Below are positions 15,285-26,100 of a DNA stretch of 64,000 bases, one piece after another. Position 1 is the first letter of the stretch; every line of letters begins with the position of its first letter. The stretch lies in IMG/VR virus record IMGVR_UViG_3300027708_000013; one strand, given 5' to 3'. A model generated the notes under the pieces. The model saw only the letters and a program-made list of their open reading frames with translations. It did not search any database and was not told the DNA's origin. Position numbers and translations under genes: made by a program. The DNA comes from a virus. Its lineage: Duplodnaviria > Caudoviricetes.

Positions 15285-18266
15285 ATGGCCACCGGCTACC
15301 CTGTACTTGACACCTTAGAAAACCTTGCCAATGACTATGCTGCACAACTGAGTGCCGCTATTGCCAATGGAGATGCCCAAGCCATTGCTCAAAACAGGTC
15401 TAATTTAACAGAGATATTTAAATCACTGAGTAACAAGCAAACTCAATTTGAATCTCGCATCGCCGATGCCAAAGCAAATGGGGATACCGAACTTCTTGCC
15501 GAGTTGCGACTAAAAAACACCGCCACAATCAAACTCTTGAACACCACTGCTGCTTATCTGGATTCCAAGACTGCCGATCCCGGTTCCAACACTGCCACAG
15601 ACGCAGTGGTCACAGACAGCGACCAAACTGGAACCACAGTGCCCACGGGTACCACCAAATTAACCAAAGAAGAAACAAACAACATTGATCCTTACAACCC
15701 CAATGCCTGGGGCAGTGAAGGCGCCGCAGTACCTTATAAACCCAATCCTGCACAACAGGCCACATTGAAATCGCCCACCAGTACAGGTAATCAAGCCGGT
15801 GGCCCATTGACCAAAGCAGATCAATCAAACAAAAAAAATACTTCCACTGCCGAAGATACCGCTGAGATAACTTATAAAACAACAGAAAATCGGCTACATC
15901 AATACAACAATTATACCTATGGGTTGAGTCTACATGCACTCACTCAAGCCGACTATAAACAATTAAACAACAATCCAAAACAGTTTAAAATTAATCACAC
16001 ATTGATCAGTTCTGCCAGTAGACATCATGCCACCAGAAGTGAGTTTTTTACTGATGACTTTTATTTTGAAGAGTTAAAGTTAGGCACAGTGATTGGACTC
16101 AATGCCACCAGCAGATCTGGCAACGCCATTGAAATATCTTTCACCATCATCGAGCCCTACGGTATGACATTGATCAATAGATTGCTGGATCTCAGCGAAA
16201 AAACTCTACAAATAGAAAACTACTTGCAAGTTCCTTATCTATTAGAAATTGATTTTTTTGGTTACAACGATGCCGGGGCTCAAGAGAAAAAAATTGCAGA
16301 ATTAAATAAAAAAATCCCCATTAAATTAATTAACATGAAAATGCGGGCCACAGTCAAAGGCACAGAATATCAAATCACTGCGGTACCATTCAATCATCAG
16401 GCCAACTTTTCCAACACACAATCACTCAAAACCACAGTGGAAGTCACAGCCGGCACAGTGGGCGAGTATCTCAATGAACAAGGGGCAAACGCTGCAACAA
16501 TTAAATCTTTTGCCAATTCTATTCAAACCGAAGTGAAAAAAGATGACGAGAGAAAAGAAGCGATAGCCTCTATTAAAATAACCAATTACGATGATGGAAC
16601 TGAGTTAGTAAAAGACTCGGATCCCACTTTAAAGACTAAACAGGCAACTACACCAGTAGTCAAAGACAAAACCTCAACTCCTGCAGGGTCTGCCAGTAAT
16701 CTAAATTTTGTAATTAAAACAGATCAAGGTCTGGCTGCTGCGTACAATGCCTGGTATCAAGCATTGATAATCAATAAAGAAAAAAATATCACTGTACCGG
16801 ATGAAATCTTTTTTAAAATTACCAGCGATAAAATAAAAAATGCCCTGTTGGTTCCGCCTAAAAAACTCAATGAAAATAAAAAGCCAATGAATGATGATCC
16901 TTCTGCTATAGCAGTGCAGTTGAAGAATGACAATCCCAATGGGCCCGCAGCAGTTCAATCTGGCCAAGAAACCAGACAAACATTTACAGTCAATGCCGGA
17001 ACTTCAATTCAATCAATAGTAGAACAGGTTATAACCAATAGCGAGTACATCACAAATCAATTGAAACGTGATGGTGATCAAAATAAAGATATGTCTATTC
17101 CAACCAGTGCCAAGGATCTTAGTAAGGCTGTTGGAAATAAAAATATAAATTGGTTTAAAGTAGTTCCTCACATTGAACTGACAAAGTTTGACAACCAGCG
17201 ACAGGCCTGGGGTAAAAAAATCACCTTTATCATCAGCGAATATATTTACTACAACACCAGCGACGATCGTGCGGCAAAATCTCAATTACCAAATGCAGTT
17301 AAAGATTATCAATATTTTTATACTGGAAAAAATCAAGATGTTATTTCTTTTGACATAGATTTTAATGCTTTATTTTTTACTGCAATACAAGTGGACAAGA
17401 ATGCCAAGGCAGCAACGAGTAAAGCTCTCAACAACAATGATGCAAACACAGCCAGCGACTCGTCAGAAATTTCAATCAAAACCGGATATGGGAACCCAAC
17501 CAACCCGGAACAAATACCCATGCCTCTTAATGTTTCCAATTCCAGCGGTGGTAATTTAGGCAGCGCCGAAGCACAAAAAAATACCAGTTTTAGAGATAGT
17601 CTTTACAGTCAAATGGGCGGTGACATGTTAAATTTAAAATTAAACATCATAGGCGATCCAGATTTTATTAAACAGGATGATATATTATATACAGCACTTA
17701 CAACAGATTATAAACCCAACCAACAATTTGTCGACGGAGAAGCAAGCAGTTTGGTAATGGATCGCGGGGCAATATATTGTCGAGTGACATTTAAAACCCC
17801 CGCCGACATCAATGAAGCCACCGGCGGATTGGCGTATTATAAAGGTGATAGTACCAGCAGCTTCAGTGGGCTGTATCGAGTTTTAAAAGTTTCCAGTGAG
17901 TTTCGTAGTGGTAAATTTATGCAAACTTTAGAAACTGTAAGACAAATAAATCAACCCGGCGATGGTAAAAAAAGCACTGACAATGTTGAGCGAGATAAAA
18001 CAATCAAAGCACCAGAACAAAGCAAAAATGCAAAACAAAAAACCAACAATGTTAATTTAAGTACTGCAAGAGTAGAAGAGAAAACAAGGATCAAAACCAA
18101 AGAAAAGTTCAAAACACCTCCAGTTGCTACCACAGTGTTGAGAGAATTGCCTGAATCGGATCTTGGAACATTTGATTTACAGACAGTAGTGGACACTGCT
18201 GTCACAGTGGCCATTGGCGATAACTCTCTAGCCACAGGTGAATCAATAATTGGTTACTCCATATAA
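15285..18266 (+). CDS. Large baseplate hub protein (gp27-like position)
   Basis: NRLHQYNNYTY, FTIIEPYGMTL, PYLLEIDFFGY, YQYFYTGKN, LNIIGDPDFIKQD, FSGLYRVLKVSSEF..GKFMQTL; lies between gp53 and gp5. Confidence 0.65.
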   Translation: MATGYPVLDTLENLANDYAAQLSAAIANGDAQAIAQNRSNLTEIFKSLSNKQTQFESRIADAKANGDTELLAELRLKNTATIKLLNTTAAYLDSKTADPGSNTATDAVVTDSDQTGTTVPTGTTKLTKEETNNIDPYNPNAWGSEGAAVPYKPNPAQQATLKSPTSTGNQAGGPLTKADQSNKKNTSTAEDTAEITYKTTENRLHQYNNYTYGLSLHALTQADYKQLNNNPKQFKINHTLISSASRHHATRSEFFTDDFYFEELKLGTVIGLNATSRSGNAIEISFTIIEPYGMTLINRLLDLSEKTLQIENYLQVPYLLEIDFFGYNDAGAQEKKIAELNKKIPIKLINMKMRATVKGTEYQITAVPFNHQANFSNTQSLKTTVEVTAGTVGEYLNEQGANAATIKSFANSIQTEVKKDDERKEAIASIKITNYDDGTELVKDSDPTLKTKQATTPVVKDKTSTPAGSASNLNFVIKTDQGLAAAYNAWYQALIINKEKNITVPDEIFFKITSDKIKNALLVPPKKLNENKKPMNDDPSAIAVQLKNDNPNGPAAVQSGQETRQTFTVNAGTSIQSIVEQVITNSEYITNQLKRDGDQNKDMSIPTSAKDLSKAVGNKNINWFKVVPHIELTKFDNQRQAWGKKITFIISEYIYYNTSDDRAAKSQLPNAVKDYQYFYTGKNQDVISFDIDFNALFFTAIQVDKNAKAATSKALNNNDANTASDSSEISIKTGYGNPTNPEQIPMPLNVSNSSGGNLGSAEAQKNTSFRDSLYSQMGGDMLNLKLNIIGDPDFIKQDDILYTALTTDYKPNQQFVDGEASSLVMDRGAIYCRVTFKTPADINEATGGLAYYKGDSTSSFSGLYRVLKVSSEFRSGKFMQTLETVRQINQPGDGKKSTDNVERDKTIKAPEQSKNAKQKTNNVNLSTARVEEKTRIKTKEKFKTPPVATTVLRELPESDLGTFDLQTVVDTAVTVAIGDNSLATGESIIGYSI

Positions 18267-18273
18267 CATCAAC

Positions 18274-18280
18274 TTAAATA
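18274..18280 (+). promoter_or_regulatory. Late promoter-like box (TTAAATA) before gp5
   Basis: Matches NTAAATA, but sits unusually close to the ATG at 18287. Confidence 0.35.
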
Positions 18281-18286
18281 TAAAAT

Positions 18287-21200
18287 ATGCCAATAGATAA
18301 AGTAGCAGGAACCAAAATACCCAAGTGGGCCAAGCGAGACGGTGACTCGGGCATCAAATTTGACACGGCCACATTTATGGGAGTGGTGAAAGATAATAAA
18401 GATCCTCGCAGATTGGGCAGATTACGTGTATGGATTCCAGAATTTGGTCTAGGAGATCAAGGTGTGGAATCCGCGTGGCAAACAGTAAATTATGCAAGCC
18501 CGTTTTTTGGTGCTACATTTGTAGGCGATCAAACCGCTAATAATAAATTTGAAACAACCAATCACACCTACGGCATGTGGATGGTGCCACCGGATGTGGG
18601 CAATCAAGTGCTGTGTACATTTGTCAATGGTGATCCAGATCGCGGTTATTGGTTTGCCTGCGTCAACCCCACTATAAGTCATTACATGGTACCAGCCTTG
18701 GCAGGTGCTAAAAAAACCGACACAGAATTGGCCAGTGCAGATTTAAAAAGCAGTTTAGTCACAGACGGCAGTCAAGTATTGCCAGTGGCAGAATACAACG
18801 AAAATCGAGACGATGCTTTTGCTGCAGATTCCTATAACAATGCCAGACCCATACACGAATTTCAAGCCAATGTGCTGTTTCAGCAAGGACTGGACAGAGA
18901 TGCTGTGCGTGGTGCCATAAGTTCCAACAGCCATAGAGAAAGTCCCAGTCATGTGTTTGGTATCAGTACCCCGGGCCGAGCCTTGGGCAACGATCCCGCA
19001 GATGATCCCACCTACGAGAAAAAATTAGCCGACGGGTCAATCAACATTCTTGACTACGAAGTCAAGGCCAGAAAAGGTGGACATACATTTGTCATGGACG
19101 ACGGTGATGTCAACGGCAAAGACCAGTTGGTACGCATACGTTCATCTGCAGGACATCAGATCCTAATGAATGATACAGAAGGCATCATGTTTATCATTAA
19201 CTCCAGTGGCAGTAGTTGGATTGAGCTGAGTAAAAATGGTGACATGAACATCTACAACGGTGGCAGTTTCAGTGTTCGTGCTCAAGGCGATTTAAACCTA
19301 CGTGCTGACAAGAACATCAACATTGAAGCCGGCAGTGCATTGAACCTACGAGGTGCCACCTATGTCAATGCAGTCAGTGCCGACATCAACATTTCTGCTA
19401 CTAGTTCCACCAATGTTCATGGATCTAAAATCAACATTGGCGCCGGAGGTGCATTGACCTTGGGCGGTGGGTCTGTGTCGGTGGGATCGGGCGGTGCATT
19501 AGAACTCAAAGGCGGCTCTGTAGCCATAGACACCGGTGGGGCCAACAATGCTGGATCAGGAGTAAGTTTACAAACTCAACAGTTTCCTGATACCACTTAC
19601 GATACTAAAACACGACTGTGGAACAGTGTGGCTAATCAAGCTGCCAGCATAGTATCAATATTCCCAGCACATCAACCTTGGATTAAATCTTCCACACCTG
19701 GTGCCCCTACAGAAGCACCCGTACAGATATTGCCTGCCAGTGTGTGCCCACCTAGAACCACTTCATCTCCTGGTGACTATATATTACCCAAACCCAATGG
19801 TAATAAATTAGATTTGGGCAGAGTACACGGTGGTGCCAAAGGTTCGGCACCTTGGTCTACCGATACAGCATTTTTAGATAAAACCAAACAAGTGGCTGCA
19901 AATTTAGGAATTAGCAATTGGCTATGGTTATTGGCTGCTATGTATTTAGAAACCGGTGGTACAATGGATCCAGCCGAGCCCAACGGATTGGGATTTTACG
20001 GGTTGATACAGTTTGGTGGTGACGCTAGAAAACTAGTGGGCTACAATCCCAGTGATATCCCAGCATTTACTGGGCTGTCCCGAGTACAGCAGTTAGATCT
20101 AGTTGAAAAATATTTTAAATTAAATGCGCCGTGGAAGAAAAGCAAAGGTCGCATGGTAGATGTGTATTCGTGTATCAATTGGCCAGTGGCCACTGGCCAA
20201 GATTTAACTTATATAGTGTATGGATTAAATGGATCTCCTCCGGGTGCAACCTACACTGCATTTCAAAACAAAGCCTATAGTCAAAACCACTTTGACAAAA
20301 CTGGAAAAGGTTACGTAAATGTACAAGATTTTGAAACATTTATGCAAACCAAATTAAACGCTGTAAAACAATGCTTGGCCAATGCTGGTACTGCTGTGGA
20401 TCCAGGCACACTACAGTCTAGTTCAGGAATTAAAGTCACAGACAGTTCAGGAAATGCCATTGCTTCGGGATCTAAAACCACCAGTGCCAACACCGACGTC
20501 GGCATCAACAACGCATACGGTCGCACAGTATCATCCAGCTGTCCCAAAGATTGGTTAGGTAAAGCTGAACTGTATAAATCACCAGGGGCCATCAGCTCCG
20601 CAGCTCCTTTGTTGACACAGGCCTATGCCACCAATATGCATGCCGAATTAGGCTATTTTGAAAGCCAGTGGGACTATGCCAGCACTGGTGGGAAAACTTC
20701 AACACCTGCAGGTGCAGCTATTAACGTCGGCACTAAAGGTACAATATTGGTCATGGGCGACAGTATTGCTTGGGGAACTGGTCAAGCACTACAGAAAAAA
20801 TTGTCCTCAACCAGTGTCATGGCCCGAGTTGGTGACAACAGTACAACCATATTGGCCAATGCCAAAAATCCTCCTGCACCGGCCTCCGGACGTGTGGGAA
20901 CTTATCAAGATTATCAGTATGAAAATGATTGGGTAGGTAAAGTCAAAGTGGCAGTAATTTCTTGCGGTAGCAATGATATTGTCAAAGGTGTTGGTAATAA
21001 AACACTGTTGATTGAAAACTTAAAGGCCATTAGAGCCGCATTGCGAGCAGAAAAATACATTTGGATTTTACCCTATGACAGCATAGCCTGCGCTGCTGTA
21101 ACGCAAGTTGCCAGCATCACCGGCGATAAAACTGTGGCACTGACCGATTACCCCAGCGGCGATAAACCACCACTGCATCCAACAAGTTATCCAAATGTGG

Positions 21201-22666
21201 CTGGTGCATTGCAAAAAATAATAACAGAAATAACAGCTGGATCTTCTGCTAGTAATTCCGATGCCACAGCCAAGGCCACCCCGGGTGATGGCACAAGAAT
21301 TGGCAAGTATCAAGTGGATGCGTACCTTTTGGCCGAAGCTGGATATATCAAACCAGATGCTATCAAACAATACGGTGCACAAACATTATCTAAAAACGAA
21401 AGTTGGACCGGTAAAGACAGCATACGCAGTCAAAAAGATTTTTTTGCCAACAAACAACTGCAAGATGATTTACAAAATAAAGAATTTTTGGCCAACTATA
21501 AAACACTGGTCACCAACAAAGGTATCAAACCTGAAGATGACATTTGTATGGCCGCCGGTATGCTGTTTGTGGCACACAAGTATCGCAGTGCGGCATTGGC
21601 TGCCGAATGGCGCCAGTCAGGCAAGGTAAAAACACCACCTACAGTTGCTGGGGAGGCCGGCACTGCTGAAGAATACTTTAATCACGGTAGATATGCAATT
21701 GATGTATTAAGTGCTCAAGCCATAACCGGCACCAGCAATGCTGCTGGCCCAATCGACCTCAGCATTGATCCTGACACAGTGATGCTGTTTAGATCCAGCG
21801 GAACTGGTACCCGAGCTCGCTTTGATGCATCCACCCCCGTACTACGATCGGCCACCCTGCAATTGGCCAAGGCCTATAAAGAAAAGTACGATAAAAAAAT
21901 GCAGGTTAATTCAACACTTCGCACCAATGAAGAGCAAGCGGGACTTTATAATGCCTGGGTTGCAGGAGGCAAAAAAGGAAACTTGGTTGCACCCCCGGGC
22001 ACAAGTCAACACAATCTTGGTCAAGCAATGGACATTCAACACGATGTATATGCACTTGACACAGAATTGGGTCTAGGCAAATACAATTTAAAAACTATCC
22101 CCAACGATTGGCCACATATACAAACAATCAACACCAAGGCCACAGATGCCACTACAGAACCCAAGGCCAGTGGTCCCGGTGACCAATTGGTTGTATTGAT
22201 CACTGGACTAGAAAAAGCCGGTGAAGCATACAAGACCGGTGTTCGAGCCCTGGCCGCACAATTAACTGGGCTAGGTGCTGCCGCAGAAGTGTTTAGTTGT
22301 ACTGATATAGGCGGAGCCTCTGCTTATGTTGTAAAAAATCGTGGAACCAAGAAGGTAATATTAATTGGATTTAGTAAAGGTGCTGAAATAGTTAACCAAA
22401 TGGCTGCCACAGGTATGAAAATAGACCTCATGGTGTGTATTGACGGGTTCCCCACAGTGGGCATGCGTTTGGCCAATTTACCATCAAATGTAGTACGAGC
22501 AGTGAACTATTATAATCCTCGTAATTATGGCGATGCTGGTTACGGTAACCCTTATCCAGCTCCTCCGCCAGCACCAAGAGTTACCCACATAGCAAGCAGT
22601 GTCAATCACATGGCCATCGTGGCAGCGGTATCGGCTAACATAATTTCTGATGTGAGATCGGCGTAA
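18287..22666 (+). CDS. gp5: Baseplate central spike gp5-like with multiple catalytic domains (1459 aa)
   Basis: OB-fold GVVKDNKDPRRLGRLRVWIP...PPDVGNQVLC; beta-helix GHTFVMDDG...RIRSSAGHQILMND; lysozyme-like YLETGG...GLIQF; SGNH GDSI/GSND/LHP; M15 peptidase SQHNLGQAMD...WPH; alpha/beta hydrolase GFSKG. Confidence 0.88.
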   Translation: MPIDKVAGTKIPKWAKRDGDSGIKFDTATFMGVVKDNKDPRRLGRLRVWIPEFGLGDQGVESAWQTVNYASPFFGATFVGDQTANNKFETTNHTYGMWMVPPDVGNQVLCTFVNGDPDRGYWFACVNPTISHYMVPALAGAKKTDTELASADLKSSLVTDGSQVLPVAEYNENRDDAFAADSYNNARPIHEFQANVLFQQGLDRDAVRGAISSNSHRESPSHVFGISTPGRALGNDPADDPTYEKKLADGSINILDYEVKARKGGHTFVMDDGDVNGKDQLVRIRSSAGHQILMNDTEGIMFIINSSGSSWIELSKNGDMNIYNGGSFSVRAQGDLNLRADKNINIEAGSALNLRGATYVNAVSADINISATSSTNVHGSKINIGAGGALTLGGGSVSVGSGGALELKGGSVAIDTGGANNAGSGVSLQTQQFPDTTYDTKTRLWNSVANQAASIVSIFPAHQPWIKSSTPGAPTEAPVQILPASVCPPRTTSSPGDYILPKPNGNKLDLGRVHGGAKGSAPWSTDTAFLDKTKQVAANLGISNWLWLLAAMYLETGGTMDPAEPNGLGFYGLIQFGGDARKLVGYNPSDIPAFTGLSRVQQLDLVEKYFKLNAPWKKSKGRMVDVYSCINWPVATGQDLTYIVYGLNGSPPGATYTAFQNKAYSQNHFDKTGKGYVNVQDFETFMQTKLNAVKQCLANAGTAVDPGTLQSSSGIKVTDSSGNAIASGSKTTSANTDVGINNAYGRTVSSSCPKDWLGKAELYKSPGAISSAAPLLTQAYATNMHAELGYFESQWDYASTGGKTSTPAGAAINVGTKGTILVMGDSIAWGTGQALQKKLSSTSVMARVGDNSTTILANAKNPPAPASGRVGTYQDYQYENDWVGKVKVAVISCGSNDIVKGVGNKTLLIENLKAIRAALRAEKYIWILPYDSIACAAVTQVASITGDKTVALTDYPSGDKPPLHPTSYPNVAGALQKIITEITAGSSASNSDATAKATPGDGTRIGKYQVDAYLLAEAGYIKPDAIKQYGAQTLSKNESWTGKDSIRSQKDFFANKQLQDDLQNKEFLANYKTLVTNKGIKPEDDICMAAGMLFVAHKYRSAALAAEWRQSGKVKTPPTVAGEAGTAEEYFNHGRYAIDVLSAQAITGTSNAAGPIDLSIDPDTVMLFRSSGTGTRARFDASTPVLRSATLQLAKAYKEKYDKKMQVNSTLRTNEEQAGLYNAWVAGGKKGNLVAPPGTSQHNLGQAMDIQHDVYALDTELGLGKYNLKTIPNDWPHIQTINTKATDATTEPKASGPGDQLVVLITGLEKAGEAYKTGVRALAAQLTGLGAAAEVFSCTDIGGASAYVVKNRGTKKVILIGFSKGAEIVNQMAATGMKIDLMVCIDGFPTVGMRLANLPSNVVRAVNYYNPRNYGDAGYGNPYPAPPPAPRVTHIASSVNHMAIVAAVSANIISDVRSA

Positions 22667-22673
22667 TTTTAGA

Positions 22674-22680
22674 ATAAATA
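22674..22680 (+). promoter_or_regulatory. Late promoter box ATAAATA before gp25
   Basis: Intergenic ATAAATA, very close to the start at 22688. Confidence 0.5.
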
Positions 22681-22687
22681 TATTACT

Positions 22688-23065
22688 ATGACCACACTAT
22701 ACAAAGGATTCAGCACTGTCAACCGATACAAAAAGTTTCGTGTCACTGACATTGACTTGATCAAACAGGACTTGATCAATCATTTCAACATTAAAAAAGG
22801 TGAAAAAGTCATGCAACCGGACTTTGGCACCATTGTTTGGAGCCTGTTGTTTGAACCCATGACTGCCACTGTGCGTCAAGCCATCATCGATGATGTCAAG
22901 TCGGTGGTGGGATATGATCCACGCACCAATTTACAAAACATAACCATCAACGAATACCAGAACGGTATACAAATAATGGTGGATCTACTGTATATTCCCA
23001 CCAATCAATTGACAGCATTGAACTTGCAATTTGATTCCAATACACAACGACTCACAGTAAGATAG
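22688..23065 (+). CDS. gp25: Baseplate wedge subunit gp25
   Basis: DIDLIKQDLINHFNIKKGEKVMQPDFGTIVWSLLFEP...YDPR. Confidence 0.93.
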   Translation: MTTLYKGFSTVNRYKKFRVTDIDLIKQDLINHFNIKKGEKVMQPDFGTIVWSLLFEPMTATVRQAIIDDVKSVVGYDPRTNLQNITINEYQNGIQIMVDLLYIPTNQLTALNLQFDSNTQRLTVR

Positions 23066-23093
23066 CTAATAATATACCCTGTTTTTGATTGTA

Positions 23094-23100
23094 ATAAATA
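23094..23100 (+). promoter_or_regulatory. Late promoter box ATAAATA before gp6
   Basis: Intergenic, 21 nt upstream of ATG 23122. Confidence 0.65.
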
Positions 23101-23121
23101 CTCTATAAGGGATATTTTCGC

Positions 23122-26100
23122 ATGTCTATCACTACACGTCAAACAAATTTATTGGTAAACCAGGACTGGACTACCCTGTACCAGAGTTTTCAAAATGCCA
23201 ACTTTCAAAGCTATGACTTTGAAACCATACGCAAAAGCATGATCGATTATCTGCGTAACTACTATCCAGAAGATTTTAATGATTTTACAGAAAGCTCAGA
23301 GTACATAGCATTAATTGACTTGATTGCTTTTTTAGGACAGAGTCTAGCATTTAGAACAGATTTAAATGCACGTGAAAGTTTTTTTGACACTGCACAAAGA
23401 CGTGACAGTATTTTAAAACTGGCCAGTTTAATCAATTACAATGCCAAACGTACTGTACCTGCTGCGGGCTATTTGAAAATTGACAGCATCACCACCAGCG
23501 AGAGTGTGACAGACAGCAACGGCCTAGATCTAGCCAACCTGTTGATCAATTGGAATGACACCACCAACGAAGATTGGCAAGAACAATTCACTGCCATATT
23601 TAATGCTGCTTTAATTAACAATCAAAACATCGGCACTCCGGGCAACACACAAGACATCAATGGCATCATGACCAGTGAGTACAGCATTAATTTATTGGGC
23701 GGAGTGATTCCCACTTACACTTTCAATGCCACAATAGAAGGCACCAGTACACCGTTTGAAGCAGTGAGTGCCACATCAGCAGGACAAAGTTATGTATACG
23801 AAGCCAGTCCGGCACCCAGTGGAAAATTCAATATCCTGTATCAAAATGACAATCTTGGCAATGCCAGCAACAACACCGGGTATTTTGTTTACTTTAAACA
23901 AGGTACACTGAACAATTTAGTTTTAAACCTACAACAGAGTTTACCCAATCGCATAGTCAATGTCAACTACGACAACATCAACAACACAGATGTTTGGTTG
24001 TATAAACTTGACAATGCTGGAGTACCCAATACCATATGGAGCAGTGTTCCTGCTGTGGCCGGCATCAACATCATTTACAATCAAAGCACCAATCGTAACT
24101 TGTATCAGATCAATACCAGAGCCAATGATCAAATTGATTTAGTATTTGGTGACGGTAGTTTTGCCAACATTCCGCAGGGAAATTTCCAATTATTTTATCG
24201 AGTCAGCAACGGATTAAATTATAAAATTACTCCCGACGAAATGCAAAACATTGTGATTGCTTTAAACTATGTCAGTAAGAGCAACAGAGTAGAAACGCTG
24301 ACTGTACGTGCCAGTTTATACTACACAGTGACCAATGCTGCCACAAGAGAACTAGTGGACGACATTCGTGTAAAAGCACCACAGCAGTACTATACACAGA
24401 ACAGAATGATCACAGGTGAAGACTATAATCTTTTCCCGTACACCAACTTCAGTAGCATTTTAAAAGTCAAGGCAGTGAACAGAACCAGTTCCGGTATCAG
24501 TAGATATCTAGATGTGCTGGATGTCACTGGAAAATATTCCAGTACCAACATGTTTGGTACAGATGGTTGGTTGTATAAACAAAATTCTGTGCCCAGCTCA
24601 ACGTTTGGCTTTGCATCAACCAACGACATAAACAATGTAATTTACAACACAGTAATACCTATTTTAAACAGTACAGAAGTTAAGCATTTCTATTATGCCA
24701 ATTACACAAGATATACACCTGCTGTGACCACCACGTGGACACAGGCCACGGCCAATTCTGGTAGCAGCACTGGTTACTTGACCAACGGAACTGTAATTCA
24801 AACGGTTGGATACGTAACCAACACCAACTTTAAATATATCACTAACGGAACACTATTAAAATTCACAGCCGGCACAGGAAATTATTTCAATGCACAAAAC
24901 GTAATAGTGTCTGGTACTCCGGTATATGAAAATGATAAAAAATATATTTGGGTAGCAGTGGCATCTGTTGCCAACAGTAATACATTACAAATAACACAAA
25001 ACATACCCACAGGTGCTGTGCTTGAAAGTATTATTCCTGTGTTTAAAAATGATTTCAGTAACTTGGCATTTGTTAGCACCATGGTTAATTTGATAAAGAG
25101 TTATAAAAACTTTGGAATCAGATACGATGTACCCTCACAAACTTGGAAAATTATTGCACCAGCCGATTTAAACACTACCTCGGCATTCAGCTTGGCCAAT
25201 ACAGGTGATACCACGGGTGGGGGACTAGACAGCAGTTGGATAGTATCCTTTGCCTACAACGGTGTCAACTACAATCTAGCCCATCGTAATTTAAAATATG
25301 TATTTGAAAGTTTAGAACAAACACGTTTTTACTTTGATCCAAAAGTAAAAGTATTTGACAGCAAATCCGGAGCAACTGTGATTGATCAGGTATCGATATT
25401 AAAAAACAACACAGCACCTGACAGTTTAACCACAGCATTGGGACAAGATCAATTATGGTACATTTACAACAATGTTGTCACAGCGGATGGAAGAATTGAC
25501 TATACACAGGTATTGGTTACTTTTAGTGCTGTCAACAATGACGGTGTTCCTGATGATCCAGATATTTTTACCAATGTTGCCAACACTGCAACCACAGGTA
25601 AGTATGTATTTTTTCAACAGGTCACTGATGCCAACACCAACGTTGGAAACTTTTTAACAGCCGCTCCGGTTGACAACAGCTTGATAGTGACAACCTATAC
25701 CACTCAAAGTGCTATATTAACCAATCAAAATTTATATGTTGATGGGCAAGTATTTTATGCCACCAGCGAAGATAAATTTTATGTACTGTCAATTTCTGCT
25801 GCTGGAAACCGTACACTTGCACAGTCTACCAGCTACATAGCCGAAGTTGGAAGACAAAAGTTAAACTTCCAGTATAGACACAACAGCCCAAACACACGCC
25901 GTATAGATCCCAGTCCCAACAATATTATGGACTTGTATTTGTTGACCACAGACTATACCACCGATTACACAGCATGGGTAAGAGATACTACCAATACCTT
26001 GACAGAACCAGCACTGCCAACCAATGAAGAATTAAAATTAACCTATGGTTCTGGTGCCACCAGCTTAGAAAATTACAAAGCACTCAGTGACACAATCATT

